A DNA stretch of 64,000 nt from Planctomycetota bacterium. Its GTDB lineage: Bacteria; Planctomycetota; UBA8108; SXIK01. Shown one piece after another: positions 46,980-56,009 of this stretch. The translations under genes were made by a program, and so were the position numbers. The stretch spans positions 6,432,001-6,496,000 of the forward strand of contig OZ244999.1 in assembly GCA_965223265.1 (NCBI GenBank), given 5' to 3'. Numbering within the stretch: the stretch's first letter is position 1; each line of letters opens with the position of its first letter. The notes beneath the pieces are model-generated. The model saw nothing but the letters and a program-made list of their open reading frames with translations, was not told where the DNA came from and made no database searches.

Positions 46980-48107
46980 CTACTGTCGCTGCCGCGAGGA
47001 GGGTGCCGCTGGCGGCGCACTGGCAGCTGGTGTCGACAGCGACTCCGCGCTCGTCGGCGCCATCGCTCGAACGAACTCAGCGGCGGCGCTCTCGGGATCA
47101 ACCGCGTCGAGGATGGCCGCGCCCACCGCCACTCGCCCGATGCCGACACGACGCAAGTCCGTCAGACGGGTAGATTGGATGCCACCGATGGGAAACACCG
47201 GAAGCGAAGCGACCCGGTAAAGCTGGGCCGCTCGGTCGACCCCCAGCGGTGTCTCATGATCCCTCTTCGTCGACGAGGGGAACAGCGGGCCGATGCCGAC
47301 ATAATCCGCGCCCTGTCGCTCCGCCGCTTCGATCTCGCTCTCGTTGTGAGTCGAGAGACCAACGAGGACCTCGCCAGCCACTTCCCGCACAGCGCTGAGC
47401 GGTAAGTCGTCCTGCCCAACGTGAACGCCGTCCGCATGGACGATGCGGGCGATGTCAGGCCGCTCATTGATCAGGAGGAGCGCAGCAAACTCCGCGGTCA
47501 GCTCTCGCAGGCGCACGCCGAGCTGCAGAACGTCGCCGTCCGAAACTCCCTTCGCCCGCAGCTGTACCAGCCGCACGCCGCCTTGGAGCGCGGCGCGCAC
47601 AGCCGCAAACGGAAACGACGTCCCGGCTGCGCAGGTGGCGATCAAATAGACGCGCGCAGCCGCCAGTGCGGCCGCGCGTGCCGGCGGCTGGACGAGGCCT
47701 TGCAGCCGCTTCTCGGTGCCATAGAGCGAGTAGCGAACAGCCTCGAGCTCAGGCATCGACTCGGGTGCGGCGATCCGACAGCTCTCCTGCAGCACTCGAA
47801 GGGCTTCTTTTGCCCGCGACAGATTGCGCCAGGCGAGGTCAGCTGGCTGCAGGGACGGGGCGTCGATCGACTGATCACGCCCGACGTCGGCTTCAATGTC
47901 GCGCGCCGCAAGCAACCGCTCCCGAGTTAGTCCGGAGAGGGCCAAGGCGGCGAAAACGCGGTGCCGCAACTCTTGAAGCGAAGCGGCTGCCAGTGCCAGG
48001 TTCCAGTGAAATCTGCACACGTCCTCGACGACCCGCAGCGCTTCGGTGACGCGGTTCAAGTTCGCGTCGATGAGTCGAAGCAGACTAGTGGGCTTGTCGG
48101 AATTCAT
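46980..48107 (-). CDS. thiE: Thiamine-phosphate synthase with N-terminal ThiD2-type helical domain
   Basis: RLIDANLNR..EALRVVEDVCRF, VQLRAK, ADGVHVGQDD, GLSTH, FPSSTK, PIGGI. Confidence 0.92.
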   Translation of the reverse strand: MNSDKPTSLLRLIDANLNRVTEALRVVEDVCRFHWNLALAAASLQELRHRVFAALALSGLTRERLLAARDIEADVGRDQSIDAPSLQPADLAWRNLSRAKEALRVLQESCRIAAPESMPELEAVRYSLYGTEKRLQGLVQPPARAAALAAARVYLIATCAAGTSFPFAAVRAALQGGVRLVQLRAKGVSDGDVLQLGVRLRELTAEFAALLLINERPDIARIVHADGVHVGQDDLPLSAVREVAGEVLVGLSTHNESEIEAAERQGADYVGIGPLFPSSTKRDHETPLGVDRAAQLYRVASLPVFPIGGIQSTRLTDLRRVGIGRVAVGAAILDAVDPESAAAEFVRAMAPTSAESLSTPAASAPPAAPSSRQRQ

Positions 48108-48318
48108 GGCAGCGCCTCAACGGGGTCGTTGATCGAAAAGATCATCTCCCCTCCACTTCGCGCGCTGCAGTCGAAGGCGCGGGATGCCGACGAGCCGCCA
48201 CAGTCGATGGCAAACTCGAAAGACCGGCGAAGCGCCACGCCCGCATTGTCGCATCAAATCACGCGGCCGCCTCCGCAGCGCTGACGGCGATCGACGACCA
48301 AAGAACGCGCAAGCTAAA

Positions 48319-48930
48319 CTAGACTTCTACCTCCTCGGCAGCGCGCAGCGCATTGCGCAGGCCGCTGACGACGAGGTGCACGGCAATCATGTGGGCATTC
48401 TCGGCAATCTCCATGTCGAGGACACCGCAGTGGATGCTCAAGTCGACCGACGACTTGAGTTTGCCGCCGTTGAAACCCGTCATGCCGCAAACGAAGAGAC
48501 CGTTGTCCTTCGCCCACTTGACAGCGCTAAGAATGTTCGGACTGTTGCCCGAACCACTGATTGCGATGAGTACGTCTCCTGGCGAGGCGTTCGTGATCAG
48601 CTGCTCCCGGAAGACGGTCTCGAACCCGCAGTCATTTCCAAGCGCACTGATAAACGGCACCGAGTCGGTCAAGCTGAGCACCCGAAGGCGCTTCGGCTCG
48701 TCCATACTCTTGAGAATCCCTTTGGCGAGATCCTCCGCGAAGTGCGACGCGGTCGCCGCGGAGCCACCGTTGCCACAGATAAAGACTCGAGTGCCGTGCT
48801 CGTAGGCTTCATGAAGTTTGTCAACGAGCGTCTTCACGGCGGCGATATCGATCCGCTGTAGCACCTCGATCGTCCGTTCGATGTGATCGTGCATCCCCTT
48901 TTCGATCGCGGTTTCTGGGCTTCCCACCAT
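48319..48930 (-). CDS. gmhA: SIS-domain phosphoheptose isomerase (GmhA-like)
   Basis: CGNGGSAATASHFAEDL, GND.GFE, ISGSGNSPN, ENAH; start uncertain (48894-49023). Confidence 0.8.
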   Translation of the reverse strand: MVGSPETAIEKGMHDHIERTIEVLQRIDIAAVKTLVDKLHEAYEHGTRVFICGNGGSAATASHFAEDLAKGILKSMDEPKRLRVLSLTDSVPFISALGNDCGFETVFREQLITNASPGDVLIAISGSGNSPNILSAVKWAKDNGLFVCGMTGFNGGKLKSSVDLSIHCGVLDMEIAENAHMIAVHLVVSGLRNALRAAEEVEV

Positions 48931-49125
48931 CTTCGAATCCTCGATTCTTGCCTGATTCTCTCTACGGCGAACCACATTCCTGCGAAGCCGCCTGCTCTCC
49001 ACTTCTACGGACGCTTCAATCATGCGAGCCGCAGATTGTAGCCAAGATGCGGCGAGACGAACTGTAAAAAATCGCTCTTTTTCGGCTCGCGTACCGTTGA
49101 AATCCAGTGAAAACCCGCCACACCT

Positions 49126-51156
49126 CTACGAGGAGCCCGTCGCCGATGCGAGGGGCCGGTCGGCTGGCTTCTCGATCTGGTAGACGCGGAGTTTCTCATA
49201 CAGCGTCGAACGATTGATGCCAAGAATTTGGGCGGCCCGGCGCTTGTTCCAGTTGACGCTCTGGAGGACGCGGGCGACGTGCTGCGCTTCCAGTTCGTTG
49301 AGTGACACGAAGGGCTGGGGATTGTCGTCATGACGCAGCTCAGTAGGTAGATTCTCGGGGTATATCGTCCGGCCGCTCGCGAGCAGTACGGCTTGTTCTA
49401 TGCAATTCTTCAGCTCGCGGATGTTCCCCGGCCAATGATAGGCGAGAAGCAGCTCCTTGGCCCGCGGCGACAGATCGAGCGGCCCCACTCCCTCCTGCGC
49501 GTAGAGCGAGAGGAAATGCTGCACCAGTGGCAAGATGTCGTCGCGACGATCTCGGAGCGGGGGAAGCTCAATCTTGAAGACCTTCAGACGGTAGTAGAGA
49601 TCCTCGCGAAACTCGCCGTTGTCGACCGCCTTCAGCAGCACCTTGTTGGTTGCCGCGACGATGCGCAGGTCGACGGGAATGCCTTCCTGACCGCCAAGGC
49701 GATCAACGACGCGCTCCTCCAACACGCGGAGGATCTTCGCCTGCGTCGCGAGGCTCATGTCGCCGAGTTCATCAAGGAAGAGAGTGCCGCCGTCCGCAAG
49801 CTCAAATTTGCCGGGCTTGCCTTGTGGGTTGCTACCCGCGATTCCGGAATCCGGCACGTAGCCAAAAAGCTCACTCTCCAGCAGTGTCTCAGGGATAGCC
49901 GCGCAGTTGACGGCCACGAACGGGCTACCGCGACGCGGGGAACGATCGTGTATGGCGCGCGCAACGAGCTCCTTGCCGGTTCCGCTCTCGCCCGAGATCA
50001 ACACGGTCGTATCAAACTGGGCGACTTTCTTGATCTTGCGAAGGAGTTCCTTGGAGAGAGAACTGACGGCAACCATGCGGTTCTTGTGATGCAAGATCGA
50101 CTTGAGCTCGATGTTTTCCTGCTGAATCTGCTGATAGAGCTCGTCCTTCTCAAGCGCCATGGAGATCAGGTGCGAGAGGATGCTTCCGAAGTAGAGGTCC
50201 GCCTGGCAGAAGCTCTCAGAAGCCTCGCGGTTGTCGAGGTAGAGAACACCGATCACCTCCTCACCGTGGAAGATCGGCAGGCACATGGCGCTCTTGATTT
50301 TCAAACGGACGATGCTCTTCGAACTCTTCGGGTCGAATTCCGCCTGCGGCGGTGCCGCGGGTCTCTCAGCGTCCGCACCGCCAAGCGCGACAGAATCGGT
50401 GCCGTTAGAGCTCGCGACAGCGGAATCCCCAACCGCAATATCCTGTTCAACGTGAGGGCAGAACAGAATCGAGACGCCGTCGCGACGGACGCGCTCGACG
50501 ATCGTGTGGCTGTAGGAACGCCCGCGAATCCGCCCTCGATTCTTCTCAGCGACGATCTCCAACTGCAGGTCCGGCGCAAAGAAACCGACGAAGCCGCGAA
50601 TGACGGTCAGGTTGTCAAAGACGGTCTCGAGCGCTGCTTGGAGCAACTTCTGGCGGTCGGAGATATTGCGAATGAGGTCACTGAAGTTCTGGAGAATGCG
50701 CAGGTTCTTGTCCGAGCGATTCGATAACGTCTCCGCCGTCTGGAGCGATGGCAGAGTGTCCTCAACCGACGAGACGCGACGAACTCCGGAGCGGCGAAAC
50801 AGCGCGAGAGCCTCGCGAGCATCGACGATGAGGGGGGCGGGGTCTTCGATGGACTCTTGGCCGCTGGCGTTGTCGCCGGAAAAAACGATCTCGGTGTCGC
50901 CGACCTTGATCACATCGCCTGCAGTCAGCGTGTGGCTAATCACCTCAGAGCGATTGACCCGGAGAGGATTGCGCCCGCCGATGTCCTGAAGCACAAACTT
51001 GCTGCCACGAGCGATGATGACGGCGTGCTGCCTGGAGACGAGCGGATCGTCGAGGACGAGGTCCATGGCTCGGTCGCGACCGAGAAACACCGGACTTTTC
51101 TCGCTTTCGAATTGGCGCGCAGGCCGCTCCTTCGGGCGAACTTCTAGTCTTAACAC
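49126..51156 (-). CDS. FHA-GAF-sigma54-type AAA+-HTH transcriptional regulator
   Basis: FHA LGR..VSRQHA; GAF SAMCLPI..GVLYLD; GESGTGKE, LFLDELGD, FREDLYYRL, WPGNIREL, HTH LGINRSTLY. Likely GTG 51156 (track start 51363). Confidence 0.9.
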   Translation of the reverse strand: MLRLEVRPKERPARQFESEKSPVFLGRDRAMDLVLDDPLVSRQHAVIIARGSKFVLQDIGGRNPLRVNRSEVISHTLTAGDVIKVGDTEIVFSGDNASGQESIEDPAPLIVDAREALALFRRSGVRRVSSVEDTLPSLQTAETLSNRSDKNLRILQNFSDLIRNISDRQKLLQAALETVFDNLTVIRGFVGFFAPDLQLEIVAEKNRGRIRGRSYSHTIVERVRRDGVSILFCPHVEQDIAVGDSAVASSNGTDSVALGGADAERPAAPPQAEFDPKSSKSIVRLKIKSAMCLPIFHGEEVIGVLYLDNREASESFCQADLYFGSILSHLISMALEKDELYQQIQQENIELKSILHHKNRMVAVSSLSKELLRKIKKVAQFDTTVLISGESGTGKELVARAIHDRSPRRGSPFVAVNCAAIPETLLESELFGYVPDSGIAGSNPQGKPGKFELADGGTLFLDELGDMSLATQAKILRVLEERVVDRLGGQEGIPVDLRIVAATNKVLLKAVDNGEFREDLYYRLKVFKIELPPLRDRRDDILPLVQHFLSLYAQEGVGPLDLSPRAKELLLAYHWPGNIRELKNCIEQAVLLASGRTIYPENLPTELRHDDNPQPFVSLNELEAQHVARVLQSVNWNKRRAAQILGINRSTLYEKLRVYQIEKPADRPLASATGSS

Positions 51157-51683
51157 TTCAACCTCGTGATTGCGTACCGTTGGCGCGGCGGCGACATAAG
51201 CGATGGTGTCCGCGCACCGCACCGAGCGCCGTACCGAGCGCCGGAGAATCGTGAACCAAGCGGCTCGCCCGCAGGCAGGCGGCTGCCCCTCGTCGTGCGA
51301 GGAAGGCCAGCGCAGCCGAGGACCCGCCGTCAGCGCCAAGCGAAAACCCGATTTCCACTCCACAAGCCGACCGTTGTCGGGCGACTCGAATCAATATCTC
51401 TTGCGTTGACTGTGAACTCTTTCCGACCCGATCCCACCGCGATTTCGCATCCGCCCGCACTCCAGAGACGACTGCAAACGTCGGCTCCGGAGTCCCCGCT
51501 CGTACGCCCTCAGAGGAGCTCGTGAGCACCGCTTCGCGCCGCGCATCCCTCTCCGAGCGGCTCCTCGGAGCGAGCTGCCGGCGACGGCTTTGAGACACCC
51601 TTGAGACCCTACCACTGCGGAAGGCCGATAACCTAACGCAGCGCGAAGGCGGTGTCAAGGGGTTCGGCACCGAGGGACTATCA

Positions 51684-51708
51684 TAAACCATTGATTATCA
51701 ATGACTTA
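51684..51708. promoter_or_regulatory. AT-rich dyad matching IHF consensus on both strands
   Basis: TAAACCATTGATTATCAATGACTTA contains WATCAA-N4-TTA in both orientations. Confidence 0.65.
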
Positions 51709-52047
51709 AGAAAGTTAAAAAGAGTGCTGGAAAGACCAACGTCCGAAAATCCAACGCGACCCGACTGTACACCAAAACTGCGACGAACCCAAAGACCGTT
51801 GTCAAAGTTTTCCCAGAACCGCTGCCTGCCGATGACCGCCGCCATCGTTGAACGTTCGACTTTGCCAAGACTTGGCGAGGAGCCGCGCAGCGCGAACACC
51901 GCAGGGCAGAGCGCGCCTGGTATTGCGTCCCGGAGCAATTCTCAGCTCGCCAGCTGGCGAGCTTCAGATCAGACGTGAGGCGTGATAAAGTGAGCGATCC
52001 GCCGCGCCGCCACTGACGCGGCCCGCCCCGGCCAGGACAACCAACCG

Positions 52048-52713
52048 ATGCGAACGCTCGCATTTTGGCTCGTCGCTTTACCACTTTTCAGCTGCGCGAG
52101 CTACCAGACGCTCGATTTGCCTCGTCGGCCAGCCCACACTTTCGCGAACCGCCAGGTGCAGCACGGTTTCGTTATGGCGGCCGAGCTTCTTCTTGAACCA
52201 GAGGAAAGAGCGCACCAGTTCGGGCCGCAGCTCCAGGATCTCGGCTACTTGCCGGTGCTCGTTTTCCTTGAGAACAACGGCGCGAGCAGCTTCGAAATCT
52301 CACGCCAACACTGCGAACTCCTGCTCGAAAACGGCGACAGGCTCGGACCGACGCCGCCGCTCACAGTCTACCGGCAACTACAGAAATCCTTCGTGCCGGT
52401 TGTCTTTCTCGGCCCCCTCGTCCTGCCGCCAATCGCGCTCTACCGACACCTCGAGACTTACAACCACGACTTGGCGCGTGACGTCTTCACGAAGGCTTTT
52501 CCCGCAAGCCTGCGCTTGCAGCCCGGCGATCCTCCACAAGCCTTCGCCTTCTTCTTTCGTGACCCGGATCATCGATTGCAGAGCGAGTTTCTCAGCTCGG
52601 TCTTGACGGCACGTGTCGAGCAGGAAGGCCGGCGTGAGGCAAAGAGCGACTCGAACGCCGTCGGCCGCACGCTGACGTTCACGATCTCACTCTACACGGA
52701 AGGAATGAGATGA
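52048..52713 (+). CDS. Putative lipoprotein
   Basis: Signal peptide with LFSC lipobox-like motif. Confidence 0.7.
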   Translation: MRTLAFWLVALPLFSCASYQTLDLPRRPAHTFANRQVQHGFVMAAELLLEPEERAHQFGPQLQDLGYLPVLVFLENNGASSFEISRQHCELLLENGDRLGPTPPLTVYRQLQKSFVPVVFLGPLVLPPIALYRHLETYNHDLARDVFTKAFPASLRLQPGDPPQAFAFFFRDPDHRLQSEFLSSVLTARVEQEGRREAKSDSNAVGRTLTFTISLYTEGMR

Positions 52714-54518
52714 ACCTGCGCGCCATATTTTCCCTACCGATCGTCATGCTCGCCGTGATCTGCCTCCGGTGCGCTGCACCGCTAGCAGTCGACAGCACGA
52801 CGCCCTACAAGCTTGGACTCGAGGCGCTGGAACGAAACGACCTCGGCGCTGCGATCACCCAGTTCACGCTCGCCATCGAGAAATCCGAGAACGTCTTCTT
52901 TACAGCGGCGTATCTCAAGCGGGGCGAATGCTATCTACAGCGCACGCTGAGCTCGGCTCCCGACAACGTGCGACACGAAACCATTCAACGCGCCCTTGAC
53001 GATTTCGAACGCGTCCTCGGTCAGTCCGAGTTGAGCGTCGGAGAGCGAGCTAGATCGCTCTACCTTCAAGGCGAAGCGCACCGAAGAGCCGGAGAGATCG
53101 ACCCGGCGATCGACTCTTTCCACCAGGTTCTTCAGCTGCCTGTCGCAGAAGAGACAACGCAGGAGAGACTCCGGACGCACACGGTACTCGGAAGGATACT
53201 ACTTGAAAGCGCGTTGGTGTCTTACGACGCTCATGGACTCTCAGAACAGACCGCGGACACTCTGCGGCGAGCGCAGCGCGAATTCGCCGCCGGACTGAAA
53301 ATCGATCCGAACGAACCATTCTGCAATCGCGGCAAAGGGATTTGCCTTTTCTACCTCCGCCAGCATGGACACGCCGTTGACCTTCTCGAACGGTCGACGC
53401 AATTGAGTGAGCAGCAGGGCCAACGCAACCCCAGGGGGCACTTCTATCTGGGGCGGGCACTTGGCGCCTGGCGTGGCCCCCAGCTCGCCGCGCTGGAGCA
53501 CTACCGGAAAGCACTCGCGCAGGATCGTGATCGCAAGTTCACACGCCTCTACCGCCACTTGATTGACGTTATCGAAGACTACGTTCCGTTCGACACCCAA
53601 GCCGCGCTGTTCGAGAAGATGTTCGAAGAGCTCCTGCTTTACGCGGGCGAGGACACAGAGTATTGGCGTCGCGTCGAAGCTCGCACGAACGAAATGATCG
53701 CTTCAGACATCGAGGGTAAAAAGCTTCTGGGTCGCTATGGACGCGCGCTCGCTCGAGCGCGCCAAGGCAAAATCGAAGCCGCGGTCGACGACTCGATCGC
53801 GCTAGCGGCGGCATCGCCACAACTGTTTTTGACACGGCTGAAATCGGTTTTCTCGCCGCCCACACCGCTACTGCGCGACCACTACGGGCGAGGGCTGACC
53901 CTGTACAGGACCGGACGGCACGAGGAACTCGACCTTCTGTACCGCGAGGAGCTTCCGGAGCTCGTCACCAACGGCGTGGACGTCGCTGAGAAGGGTCGTT
54001 ATTACTACCTGCTGCGCCTGCTTTACGGGCGCAACATCGTTGAACTCTGGCGCCGGAGCGAAACGAGCGGCGAAGAGGTCCTGCTCCCGGAAGACCATGC
54101 TCCCCTCGAGGAGGCAAAGGCAGCGCTCAGATCGTATCTGACCGAGCACGAAAACGATCCACAGGTGCGCCTCGATCTCGGCGACGTTGAAGAGATTCTG
54201 AAGTCCTACGTCCAGGCGTACACGCAGTACGATCTCGTGATCGCGTCGCAGCCGGATCACACCGAGGCCTTTCGCCGAGTCCTACGACTGCACCGCGATG
54301 GCCTCCTTCAGCAACTCGACCACGCGCGCGCCTGGACAACGCTGAAGTCGTACCGCGGCGAAGATCCGGAGATTGTTGGCTACATCGCGCAGGTGAGCGC
54401 CCAGATCGAAACGAAAAGCCGCCATAGCTGCCGCCGCTGTGGCCATCAAGGACAAGCGAACGAGGACATCTGCCAAGCCTGCGGCAGGCGCTTCGTCCAG
54501 CGGACCCCGATGCCGTGA
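52710..54518 (+). CDS. TPR-repeat exported protein with C-terminal zinc ribbon
   Basis: ATGA overlap with upstream gene, signal peptide, TPRs (AYLKRGECY..ALDDF), terminal CRRC-x10-CQAC. Confidence 0.8.
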   Translation: MNLRAIFSLPIVMLAVICLRCAAPLAVDSTTPYKLGLEALERNDLGAAITQFTLAIEKSENVFFTAAYLKRGECYLQRTLSSAPDNVRHETIQRALDDFERVLGQSELSVGERARSLYLQGEAHRRAGEIDPAIDSFHQVLQLPVAEETTQERLRTHTVLGRILLESALVSYDAHGLSEQTADTLRRAQREFAAGLKIDPNEPFCNRGKGICLFYLRQHGHAVDLLERSTQLSEQQGQRNPRGHFYLGRALGAWRGPQLAALEHYRKALAQDRDRKFTRLYRHLIDVIEDYVPFDTQAALFEKMFEELLLYAGEDTEYWRRVEARTNEMIASDIEGKKLLGRYGRALARARQGKIEAAVDDSIALAAASPQLFLTRLKSVFSPPTPLLRDHYGRGLTLYRTGRHEELDLLYREELPELVTNGVDVAEKGRYYYLLRLLYGRNIVELWRRSETSGEEVLLPEDHAPLEEAKAALRSYLTEHENDPQVRLDLGDVEEILKSYVQAYTQYDLVIASQPDHTEAFRRVLRLHRDGLLQQLDHARAWTTLKSYRGEDPEIVGYIAQVSAQIETKSRHSCRRCGHQGQANEDICQACGRRFVQRTPMP

Positions 54519-54816
54519 GACGCCCACCTCGAGGCGAACACTGCGTCTGGGCGAAAAAAAAGTTCGACCCGGAAGGGGGGAGAATCCCGTGTGGGAAACA
54601 GCTCCGGGACGAACCTTGTCCAGACCGTTGAAGTCGCGCCTCGTCGGAGCATCACGACGTCAGCGATCCGGTGCACCGAGCTCATCGAGAATCGGTACTT
54701 TTTGTAATCTTTCTCGTCGTTTGTGCCGTTCTTATTCTATAGTCAGTGGAAGTGTTGTCTACCTCTACTCGTTGGGCTGACGAGTAGTTGCGCACGATTC
54801 GTTAGGACTTAGAAAG

Positions 54817-55581
54817 ATGTCAGACTTCCGTTCGGTGCTCGTCGTTACCGCTGCGTTACTTTCCAGCTGTTCGCCGGCCTCTCAAACCCCCGCCGCGAAA
54901 CCTCCTGGGGGCGACCAGACAGGTCAACCGGCGACTGATTCCAGCCCGAGCGATGGCTCGGCTCTCGCAAAACTTGAGGCAGACGTCCTTGGCACTGAGG
55001 CGACCAAGACGATGACCGAGTCGGCGGCACCGCCGACGAGTCCGCCGGCGCCTGAAACGCCGCCCCCCCCTGCGGGCGAGGCGAATCGTGATGCCTCTGA
55101 TGCCTCGAACGCCGCAGCTGCGTCCACGATCAACGACGCCACAGGAACCGACGCACCACCTCCTGCGCTCAGCGAAGCGGAGGCGGAGAAACTGATCGCA
55201 TCGATCGGCGAGCAAGTCGGCGCTGCGATTCGCTCGACCGATCGCGAAGAATTCGACGCACTGTTGATCAAGCCCGACGAGCTCTCCGAGTCGATCGTCT
55301 CCGGCTACCGTTCGATTCTCGGCAATACGGTGATCGAGCAGAATCGAGTCGTCGCCGACCGGCTCTTTGAGGTTCTGAACGGCCGGACGGTGGAAGCTGT
55401 CAAGTGGCGGCCAGGATCGCTCTCGGTGACGCGACCAGGAGCAGCCTTCGTGCCAGGACGACGTCATATCTCGGAGTCACGCGCACTCGTGACGGTCGAT
55501 TCCGTGCACGTCGTCGTAAAAATCGACACTCTGCTTGAGGTCGGCGGCGCCTGGAAAATCTTTCGCGTCTCACTACCGTAG
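54817..55581 (+). CDS. Putative lipoprotein with Pro/Ala-rich linker
   Basis: LSSC lipobox, low-complexity linker, C-terminal domain ending GAWKIF. Confidence 0.7.
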   Translation: MSDFRSVLVVTAALLSSCSPASQTPAAKPPGGDQTGQPATDSSPSDGSALAKLEADVLGTEATKTMTESAAPPTSPPAPETPPPPAGEANRDASDASNAAAASTINDATGTDAPPPALSEAEAEKLIASIGEQVGAAIRSTDREEFDALLIKPDELSESIVSGYRSILGNTVIEQNRVVADRLFEVLNGRTVEAVKWRPGSLSVTRPGAAFVPGRRHISESRALVTVDSVHVVVKIDTLLEVGGAWKIFRVSLP

Positions 55582-55714
55582 AGTCGTCGTGGAGTTTCTG
55601 TGGGATTTCATGATGGGGGCCTCGACGCCCGACCATGGAACAGCCACCTAACCCGCGTCCCAAAAGACACTTAGCGCCATCTCGATAGAGCCTCAGCTAG
55701 CCGCAACTGTGCCC

Positions 55715-55743
55715 TTGACAGGCAACGCGCAGGTGAGTATATT
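55715..55743 (+). promoter_or_regulatory. Near-consensus sigma70 promoter
   Basis: TTGACA-N17-TATATT. Confidence 0.8.
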
Positions 55744-55750
55744 AGGCTCC

Positions 55751-55925
55751 ACTGTCGGCGCACTCGCACTGCGAGTCGGTGACGCCAAAGCGGGCAACCG
55801 TCCGAGATCGTCGCGATTCTCGGTGTCCGAGGCGGCCCGTCCGGCATCTGACAACACTCGAAAAAAGCTTTTCTCTTCACTTCTTTTCTAAGGGCGTCTT
55901 AACTCCTCTGAGACGTCCTTTTTTT
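55751..55925 (+). ncRNA. Candidate structured small RNA (about 175 nt)
   Basis: Bounded by the promoter above and an intrinsic terminator; nested complementary segments; no credible ORF. Confidence 0.6.
55890..55925 (+). terminator. Intrinsic terminator
   Basis: AAGGGCGTCTT-N9-GAGACGTCCTT followed by T run. Confidence 0.8.
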
Positions 55926-56009
55926 ATTTCGAGTGCCTTGTCTTGTTGTGGTTCGCACGCCGAGGCTGCGTCTACAGGGGAGAAGGTGGAGCCGCCGATC
56001 GTGGCATGC

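Noticed and set aside
55790-55830. SAM-I/IV or c-di-GMP-I riboswitch (GGCAACC..GGTGTC; GACGCCAAAGC)
   Set aside because: Only fragments match, the other conserved cores are missing, and there is no downstream sense gene
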